From: Vicinamibacteria bacterium
GTDB lineage: Bacteria > Acidobacteriota > Vicinamibacteria > Marinacidobacterales > Marinacidobacteraceae
Reading direction: 5' to 3'
DNA: 64,000 nucleotides
Assembly (NCBI GenBank): GCA_964291235.2
Contig: OZ219816.1
Location: 1,824,001 to 1,888,000 of the forward strand
Shown: positions 57,165-64,000 of the stretch, piece by piece
Layout: every line of letters starts with the position of its first letter
Position numbering within the stretch: position 1 is the stretch's first letter
Program-made: the position numbers and the translations under genes
The notes under the pieces: generated by a model
The model's database searches: none
Told to the model about the DNA's origin: nothing
The model's input: only the letters and a program-made list of their open reading frames with translations

Positions 57165-57971
57165 ATGGGCTTTTGGGGCACGCTGATCGGCGGCACGCTC
57201 GGATGGACCCTCGGCGGTCCGCTCGGAGCCATGCTGGGCGCCGCCATCGGCTCCAGCATGTCGGGCCAGGCCCGCGTCCACTCCTATCCGGGGCAGCGAC
57301 CCGGCGCACCGCCGCCGCCACCGGGGAACCACCACGAGCAACGCCGCGTCGCGTTCTTCGTCGCCACTTTCGGGGTGATGGGCCACATCGCGAAGGCGGA
57401 CGGCCACGTCAGCGAGGAAGAAGCTCAGCTCGCCCGCGACGTCATGACCGGACTCGGGCTCGATGCCCAGGACCGCAACCTGGCAACCCGCATCTTCAGC
57501 GAGGGGAAGTCACCGCGTTTTTCGCTGGACGACGCGCTCGGCCAGCTTGTCCAGGTGGCGGGCCGGCGCCGCAATCTGCTCCGCGCCTTCGTGGAGATCC
57601 AGTTCAAGGCCGCCTGGGCCGACGGCAGCATGCATCCCGAAGAGCGCCGGATTCTGGATCACATCGGGGCAGTTCTTGGCTTTTCGCGCGCCGAGATGGC
57701 GCAGATGGAACGGGTCGCGACCGCGGGTATGGCGCCCCGGCGGGCCAGCCCGGAGGAAAAGCTCAAGGAGGCCTACGGAGTCCTCGGCGCCGAGCGGGCG
57801 GCGAGCGACGACGAAATCCGATCCACCTACCGCCGGCTCATGCGGCAGCACCATCCCGACCGGCTGGCGGCGCAGGGCCTGCCGGAGGAGATGAAGGAAG
57901 AGGCCACGAAGCGGACGCAGGAGATCCAGAAGGCCTACCAGACGATCCGGGAAGCGCGCCGCGCAGCCTGA
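57165..57971 (+). CDS. djlA: Co-chaperone DjlA
   Basis: Gly-rich TM N-terminus, F.VMGHIAKADG.VS..E TerB-like domain, C-terminal J domain (HHPDRL..QGLP.EM...A....QEIQ.AY). Confidence 0.93.
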   Translation: MGFWGTLIGGTLGWTLGGPLGAMLGAAIGSSMSGQARVHSYPGQRPGAPPPPPGNHHEQRRVAFFVATFGVMGHIAKADGHVSEEEAQLARDVMTGLGLDAQDRNLATRIFSEGKSPRFSLDDALGQLVQVAGRRRNLLRAFVEIQFKAAWADGSMHPEERRILDHIGAVLGFSRAEMAQMERVATAGMAPRRASPEEKLKEAYGVLGAERAASDDEIRSTYRRLMRQHHPDRLAAQGLPEEMKEEATKRTQEIQKAYQTIREARRAA

Positions 57972-57995
57972 CGACGCCCCGGCATCCCCGTCCTT

Positions 57996-58454
57996 GGAGC
58001 GCCAGCCTCCGGCTGGCATCGCCCGCGCAGCGGGCGAAACTCCCCAACCTGATCCGCCAGGATGGCGCCGCCCCCCGACGGCATGGCGATGCGCCGTCCC
58101 CGTTTAGGTTGCCGCTATCAAGGCTGATTGAGTCTGGGAGTTTCGCGGCCGGAGGCCGCGATGCCGGCCGGAGGCCGGCGCTCCTATGCGGCGGTGTGAC
58201 GATGCGCCGTCCTCGTCTAGGTCGGCACCATCAAGGGCGATTAAGTCTGGGAGTTTCGCGGCCAGCGGCCGCGATGCCGGCCGGAGGCCGGCGCTCCTAT
58301 GCGGCGGTATGACGATGCAACGTCCTCGTTTAGGTCGGCGCCATCGGGGACGATTGAGTCTGGGAGTTTCGCGGCCCTGCGGCCGCGATGCCGGCCAGAG
58401 GCCGGCGCACCTTGCCGGCGCTCCTGTGCCGGCGCTCCTATGCTTGCGCTCCTA
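57996..58454. repeat. REP/REPIN-like cluster 2 with a 113-bp tandem array
   Basis: Inverted copy 57996-58054, then three units starting 58088, 58201 and 58314 (period 113), then decaying TGCCGGCGCTCCT copies up to 58454. Confidence 0.9.
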
Positions 58455-60497
58455 ACGAATGAGCGGGGCGATGACGAGCGCTACCACCGACATCAGCTTG
58501 ATGAGGATGTTGATGGCCGGACCAGCGGTGTCCTTGAAGGGATCGCCGACGGTGTCGCCAACGACCGCCGCCTTGTGCGCCTCGCTGCCCTTGCCGCCGT
58601 GCTCGCCGCCCTCGATGTACTTCTTGGCGTTATCCCAGGCGCCGCCCGCGTTCGCCATGAAGATGGCGAGCAGGACGCCCGACACCAGGGCTCCGGCGAG
58701 CAAACCCGCCAGGAAGTTCTTGTCGATGAATCCGGCGACCACCGGAATCAGCACCGCCATCAGGCCCGGCGCCACCATCCGCCGGAGCGCCGCCGCGGTA
58801 GCGATGTCCACGCAGCGGGCGTTATCGGCCTTGGCGCCGGGGGCGCCCTCGAGCAGCCCCGGAATCTCGCGGAACTGCCGCCGGACTTCCTTGATCATGT
58901 CGAAGGCCGCCTCTCCCACCGCCTGCATGGCGATCGAGGAGAAGAGGAAGGGCACCATCCCGCCAATCAGCAGGCCGGCGAGGACCACCGGGTTGCCGAG
59001 CGAGAGACCGAGTGCGCCGACCCCCGCCTGCTGCTGGAAGGCCGACATCAGCGCCATCGCCGCGAGGGCCGCCGAACCGATCGCGAAACCCTTGCCGATC
59101 GCGGCAGTGGTGTTCCCCACCGCATCCAGCTTGTCGGTGCGCTGGCGCACCTCGGGGGGGAGTTCGCTCATCTCGGCGATCCCACCGGCGTTGTCGGCGA
59201 TGGGGCCATAGGCGTCCACCGCCAACTGGATACCGACCGTAGCGAGCATCCCGAGGCCGGCAAGCGCAATCCCGTAGAGGCCGGCCAGTTCGTAGCCGAT
59301 CGTGATGGCCGCGGCGATCAGCAGCAGCGGGAACGCCGTGGACCGCATGCCGAGCGCCAGCCCGGCGATGATGTTGGTCGCCGCGCCGGTATTCGATGCC
59401 TGGGCGACGGCCTGCGCGGGCTTCCGCGCGTCCGAGGTGTAGTACTCGGTGATCAGGCCGATCGCGGCCCCCACCGCCAGTCCGGTCACGAGGCAACCGT
59501 AGAGCGCCCCCTGCGCCTCGGGCGCCAACTGGCCGATCACCGGCCAGGCGATCACCAGCATGAGCACTCCGGCCCCGAGCGTCCCCAGGTTGAGAGCCGT
59601 CTGCGGATTTCCTCCCTCGCGGGTTCTCACCGCAAACGTCCCGAGGATGCTGGCTGCGATACCGAACCCGGCGAGGACCATCGGGAGCATCACGTAACGG
59701 AGCGGGTCGGCGCCCGGGATGGACTCCGCAAACGCCACCCCGAGCACCATGCCGCCGATGATGGCTCCTACATAGGACTCGAAGAGGTCGGCCCCCATGC
59801 CGCAGACATCACCGACGTTGTCACCCACGTTGTCCGCGATCACCGCCGGATTCCGCGGATCATCCTCCGGAATCCCGGCTTCGACCTTGCCGACCAGATC
59901 CGCCCCCACGTCGGCCGACTTGGTGTAGATGCCCCCGCCCACTCGGGCGAAGAGCGCGATGGAAGAGGCGCCGAGACTGAATCCCGCCAAGACCTGCAGC
60001 ACCTGCCCGAGCGGTTCGGCGCTCTCTACGAATACAACACGCGTGTAGAAGAGAAACAGCCCCGAAAGACCCAGGATCCCCAGCCCGACCACGGACATCC
60101 CCATCACCGACCCGCCGGCGAAGGCGACGCGCAGCGCCGGCGCGATCGAGTTCCGGGCGGCGTTCGCGGTGCGGACGTTCGCCGCGGTGGCGACCCGCAT
60201 GCCGAACCAGCCGGCTAGCGCGGAGCAGAGCGCGCCGATGAGGAAGGAGAGGCCGACGAGTTCGGTGCCGCCCCCGAGGTTCGCCACGTAGAGCAGCACG
60301 GCGACCACCACCGCGAACACGGCGAGCACCGAATACTCGCGGCGCAGAAAGGCCATCGCTCCCTCGCGGATGGCGGCGGCGATCTCAACCATCCGCTCGG
60401 TGCCGGCGTCCTGCCGGCTGACGAACCGCGCCCGGTTCAGGGCGAAGAGCAGCGCCACCGCGCCGAACGCGGGGGTCAGATAGAGGAACATGTCCAC
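58452..60497 (-). CDS. hppA: Membrane-bound pyrophosphatase, K+-dependent, likely Na+-translocating
   Basis: [40 protein letters not shown] (Ala marks K+ dependence) and [11 protein letters not shown] motifs. Confidence 0.93.
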   Translation of the reverse strand: MDMFLYLTPAFGAVALLFALNRARFVSRQDAGTERMVEIAAAIREGAMAFLRREYSVLAVFAVVVAVLLYVANLGGGTELVGLSFLIGALCSALAGWFGMRVATAANVRTANAARNSIAPALRVAFAGGSVMGMSVVGLGILGLSGLFLFYTRVVFVESAEPLGQVLQVLAGFSLGASSIALFARVGGGIYTKSADVGADLVGKVEAGIPEDDPRNPAVIADNVGDNVGDVCGMGADLFESYVGAIIGGMVLGVAFAESIPGADPLRYVMLPMVLAGFGIAASILGTFAVRTREGGNPQTALNLGTLGAGVLMLVIAWPVIGQLAPEAQGALYGCLVTGLAVGAAIGLITEYYTSDARKPAQAVAQASNTGAATNIIAGLALGMRSTAFPLLLIAAAITIGYELAGLYGIALAGLGMLATVGIQLAVDAYGPIADNAGGIAEMSELPPEVRQRTDKLDAVGNTTAAIGKGFAIGSAALAAMALMSAFQQQAGVGALGLSLGNPVVLAGLLIGGMVPFLFSSIAMQAVGEAAFDMIKEVRRQFREIPGLLEGAPGAKADNARCVDIATAAALRRMVAPGLMAVLIPVVAGFIDKNFLAGLLAGALVSGVLLAIFMANAGGAWDNAKKYIEGGEHGGKGSEAHKAAVVGDTVGDPFKDTAGPAINILIKLMSVVALVIAPLIR

Positions 60498-60796
60498 GGG
60501 GCAGGATCTCCAGTTGGTTATAGGGCCGGTTCTCGGCTTCTTGCCGGTGCTCGGAACCCAGCCTGAGGCGGGAGCCGCGAGTACGCGCTATCCCGCTCGG
60601 CGAAAACCGAAGCGATCCGCCGGTCTGCAGGACCGCCGGGAGCAAGGCGGCGGGAACGGCGAAAACGCTCGCCGTCAGGCCGGAGAACCCGCTCCGAACC
60701 CCTTTCCCGCTCTGCCGGAAGCCCGCAATTTTACCAAAGCGGGCGCATTGGAGGCTGTTAGACTCGGTTCCCGGCGCGCGGCCAGAAAACCTTCTC

Positions 60797-61633
60797 TTGC
60801 AACTCCCTCGCGGTGTCCGGGTCCTGACCCGTTACCTTGCCGCTCCGCTGATCTTCGGTCTCGTGTTGCCGATGACGGCTGCGGCCGAAGAACTCCGATA
60901 TCCCGTGGACGTGGCGGTCGGGCCCGGCGGCGAGATCTACGTGGCCGATATCGAGGCGGCGGCATTGCTCCGCTGGAGCGGGGCCGGCTTTGAAGTGGTG
61001 GCGCGGGGGGAGGGACTTCCCAAGACGCCGCTCTTTGGAATCCGGCACATCGTTCCGGCCGGCGACGGCACGGTCCTCGCAAGCGATCCCGCCACGATGG
61101 CGCTCTACCGGATCGCGGCCTCCGGCGAAATCGCCGCCATTCCCGACGACGCCGGATTCGTGACCCCGTGGGGAATCGCGGTCGATGGCTCGGGCGGCAT
61201 CCTCGCGGTGGACCGCGTCACCCAGCGCCTCCGCCGGGTGGGACCGGACTCCATCGAGGACCTCGCGACCATCCGGGCGCCCCGGGCGATCCTGGCCGGG
61301 AGCGACGGCTCGCTCCACGTGCTCACCGACCGGAACGTGCTCCGGATGGAAGACGGCGACGGACAGCCGCTCATCCAGTCCCCTCCGTTCGAGTTCCCGC
61401 ACGACTTCGTGCGAGCCGCTGACGGGGGCTTCTTCGTGACCGACGGCTACGCCCGCTGCATCTGGAAGGTCAGCCCCGAGGGGCGGGTCTCCGTGCACGC
61501 GCGCGGTGCACCGCTCGTAAGTCCCCAGGGCATCGCGCTCGGCGAAGACGGCGACCTGTTGGTCGCCGATGCCCACGCGAAGACCATTTTTCGCATCTCC
61601 GCCGACGGGCAGGTTCTCCCGCTGGGCGAGTAA
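60797..61633 (+). CDS. Secreted NHL-repeat / beta-propeller protein
   Basis: Signal peptide; repeats YPVDVAVGPGGEIYVAD, TPWGIAVD, PQGIALGEDGDLLVAD; start approximate. Confidence 0.75.
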   Translation: MQLPRGVRVLTRYLAAPLIFGLVLPMTAAAEELRYPVDVAVGPGGEIYVADIEAAALLRWSGAGFEVVARGEGLPKTPLFGIRHIVPAGDGTVLASDPATMALYRIAASGEIAAIPDDAGFVTPWGIAVDGSGGILAVDRVTQRLRRVGPDSIEDLATIRAPRAILAGSDGSLHVLTDRNVLRMEDGDGQPLIQSPPFEFPHDFVRAADGGFFVTDGYARCIWKVSPEGRVSVHARGAPLVSPQGIALGEDGDLLVADAHAKTIFRISADGQVLPLGE

Positions 61634-61674
61634 CAGGTAGCAGTTAGGCAGCCAGCACCGGAAAGGAACTCCAC

Positions 61675-63027
61675 ATGTCTGAAGAGCGCGGAAGCTGGGG
61701 GTCTCGCCCCGGTTTCATCCTGGCCGCCACCGGTTCCGCCGTGGGCCTCGGAAACATCTGGGGTTTTCCAACCCAGGTGGGACAGGGCGGCGGCGCGGCC
61801 TTCGTGCTGCTCTACCTGATCGCGGTCGCCTTCATCTGCGCACCCATCCTGCTCGGCGAGGTCCTGATCGGGCGCTACGCGCAGCTCGGACCCGCGGGCT
61901 CCGTTCGGCGGATCTCGCCGAAGGGTCCCTGGTGGGTCATCGGCCTGCTGGCGGTAGCCGCCGGGACCTTCATCCTCTCTTTCTACGCGGTGATCGCCGG
62001 TTGGACCGTCCAGTACCTCTGGCTGGCGGTAACGGACGGCCTGGCAGCGGACGCCGAGGGGTCGGGAGCTCTCTTCACCGCCCTGGCGGCCGACTCGACC
62101 CGGAACATTCTGTTCACGGGCTTCTTCATCGCCGTCACCGTCTGGTGCGTCAATCGGGGGATCCGCCGCGGTATCGAAGCGGCGTCGCGCCTGATGATGC
62201 CGCTGCTGTTTGTTCTGCTGGTGATCCTCGCGATTCGCGCGGTAACGCTCCCCGGAGCCGCCGAGGGCCTCGCCTACTACCTGCGCCCCGATTTGTCCCA
62301 GGCCTTGAATCCCGAGATCATCGGAGCGGCGGTGGGCCAGGCGTTCTTCTCGCTCAGCCTCGGGATGGGAGCCCTCATCACCTACGGCAGTTACCTCCAC
62401 CGCTCCCACCGCGTTCGCATGGCGTCGATGGCGATCGTCGGCATCGACACCACGATCGCGCTGCTCGCCGGCTTCATCATCTTCCCGGCCGGGTTCTCCA
62501 TCGTGGGGTTCGACCCGACCGCCAGCGGGCCCGGCCTCATCTTCGCCGTCCTGCCCCAGCTCTTCGCGACGCTTCCCGGCGGGCTGCTGTTCGGGGCCGC
62601 CTTCTTCCTGCTCCTGTCGGTCGCCGCCTTCACCTCCACGATCTCACTGCTCGAGGTGCCGGTCGCGCATGCCATTGACGAGTGGCGCTGGCCGCGCAGC
62701 AAGGCCGTGCTCGCCGTCGGCGCCTTCACGTTCGCCTTCTCCATTCCGTCCGCGCTGTCCTTCAGCGGCGGGTTCTTCGGGGAGCTTCCCGTCGTCGGCG
62801 GCACCTTCTTCGACCTGATGGTGAACGTCTGGAACGAGGGAGCGCTGCCGGTCGGCGGAATGCTCATCAGTCTCTTCATCGGCTGGAAGTGGGGCGCCCG
62901 CTTCGCCGGCGACGAACTCCGGCGCGACGGTGTCGGTTTCCCAAGCCCGGCGCTGTGGGGCTTTCTGATCCGGTTCGTTTCACCGACCGCGATCTTCCTG
63001 CTGATCGTCTTCCGCTTCGTCGGCTAG
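61675..63027 (+). CDS. Sodium-dependent transporter, neurotransmitter:sodium symporter (NSS) family
   Basis: W.SR.GFILAA.GSAVGLGNIWGFP, GQAFFSLSLG.G..ITYGSY, GPGL.F..LP and TS.ISLLE motifs. Confidence 0.93.
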   Translation: MSEERGSWGSRPGFILAATGSAVGLGNIWGFPTQVGQGGGAAFVLLYLIAVAFICAPILLGEVLIGRYAQLGPAGSVRRISPKGPWWVIGLLAVAAGTFILSFYAVIAGWTVQYLWLAVTDGLAADAEGSGALFTALAADSTRNILFTGFFIAVTVWCVNRGIRRGIEAASRLMMPLLFVLLVILAIRAVTLPGAAEGLAYYLRPDLSQALNPEIIGAAVGQAFFSLSLGMGALITYGSYLHRSHRVRMASMAIVGIDTTIALLAGFIIFPAGFSIVGFDPTASGPGLIFAVLPQLFATLPGGLLFGAAFFLLLSVAAFTSTISLLEVPVAHAIDEWRWPRSKAVLAVGAFTFAFSIPSALSFSGGFFGELPVVGGTFFDLMVNVWNEGALPVGGMLISLFIGWKWGARFAGDELRRDGVGFPSPALWGFLIRFVSPTAIFLLIVFRFVG

Positions 63028-63052
63028 TCGTCCCTTTCTCCAAGGAAACACC

Positions 63053-64000
63053 ATGAGTGAATTCATTGCCTGGGCGTCGAACGCCATCTACCAGTGGTAC
63101 GCCCTGCCCCTCCTGCTGGTCGTCTGCGGCCTCTACCTGACGATCCGTACCGGCTTCGTCCAGATCCGTGGATTCGTCGCCGGCATGCGGCGGGTCGTTT
63201 CGGGGATGTCCCACGACCAGAAGGGCGCCGAAGGGGAGATCACCCCTTTCCAGGCGCTGTCAACCGCCCTCGCGTCCACCGTGGGAAACGGCAACATCGG
63301 CGGCGTCGCGACCGCCATCCTGATCGGAGGCCCGGGCGCCATCTTCTGGATGTGGGTCACCGCGGTCTTCGGCATGGCGACCAAGTATTCCGAAGCGGTG
63401 CTCGGCGTCACCTACCGGGTGAAGAAGGAATCGGGGGCGTTCGCGAGCGGCCCGATGTACTACATCATGGCGGGTGTCCGCCACGCGGGGCTGGCGAAAA
63501 CCCTCGCGATCATGTTCTGTGTCTTCGGCGCGGCAACCGCGCTCCTCGGCACCGGCAACATGGCGCAGTCGAACACCATCGTGCGAACGTTCGTGGAGGC
63601 GGCCTCCGGGTTCGGATGGGAGGTTTCGCCCTGGGTTCCGGGGCTCATCATTACGGGGGCGGTGGGCGCCGTCCTGCTCGGCGGTATCCACCGGATCGCC
63701 TCCGTGGCCGAGAAGCTCGTTCCCACGATGCTGGTGATCTACCTCGGGATGTCCCTCACCTACCTGCTGATGAACTTCAGCGCACTGCCCGGGGTCTTCG
63801 CGACGATCTTCGAGCACGCCCTCTCGCCGCACGCGGCGGCCGGCGGGTTCCTCGGGGTGACGGTTCGCCAGGCGATCGCGGCGGGGATCAGTCGGGGTGT
63901 GCTCTCGAACGAGGCCGGGCTCGGCAGCGCCCCGATCGCCCATGGGATCGCGCAGGTGAAACATCCCACCGACCAGGGCCTCGTCGGGGTCTTCGAGGTG
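63053..64000 (+). CDS. Alanine/glycine:cation symporter (AGCS family), truncated by window end
   Basis: Translated from ATG 63053: ITPFQALSTALASTVGNGNIGGVATAI..GGPGAIFWMW, GPMYYI, QSN and RGVLSNEAGLGSAPIAH; absent from the ORF track because no stop falls in the window. Confidence 0.92.
   Translation, partial: MSEFIAWASNAIYQWYALPLLLVVCGLYLTIRTGFVQIRGFVAGMRRVVSGMSHDQKGAEGEITPFQALSTALASTVGNGNIGGVATAILIGGPGAIFWMWVTAVFGMATKYSEAVLGVTYRVKKESGAFASGPMYYIMAGVRHAGLAKTLAIMFCVFGAATALLGTGNMAQSNTIVRTFVEAASGFGWEVSPWVPGLIITGAVGAVLLGGIHRIASVAEKLVPTMLVIYLGMSLTYLLMNFSALPGVFATIFEHALSPHAAAGGFLGVTVRQAIAAGISRGVLSNEAGLGSAPIAHGIAQVKHPTDQGLVGVFEV

Noticed and set aside
58088-58410. CRISPR array interpretation of the 113-bp repeats
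   Set aside because: The inter-hairpin segments are homologous to each other rather than unique spacers, copies occur inverted and dispersed, and no cas genes are present.

Overview
GC-rich bacterial chromosomal window with diderm markers (LolA, secretin, TonB, lipoproteins). The gene content (Gly-rich TonB, TPR-secretin, PEGA/NHL proteins, Na+-coupled transporters, sulfatase, ERG4/ERG24 sterol reductase) suggests a marine, possibly sponge-associated Acidobacteriota member; this is inference only. The left part (1-27 kb) is mostly housekeeping: an AroK-AroD-AroE fusion with aroC, tRNA-Ala(CGC), lolA and a secretin, a TPR/NHL-PEGA/PDZ-FHA-ldcA-mpl operon, rpsP-rimM-trmD-rplS, phoH-HD-ybeY-CBS-era and aspS. 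The right part (27-64 kb) is accessory and catabolic: a dispersed hydantoin-type degradation set (HyuA-like, DUF917, AroM, OPT, ABC, D-carbamoylase, D-hydantoinase), peptidases, a sterol reductase, Na+ symporters and a Na+-type membrane pyrophosphatase. The notable non-coding signals are a covarying double-hairpin REP/REPIN-like family with a 113-bp tandem array, a ~219-bp MITE inserted in frame into a lipoprotein signal-peptide region, two long structured leaders and many apparently leaderless promoters. No CRISPR array, prophage or transposase was found.
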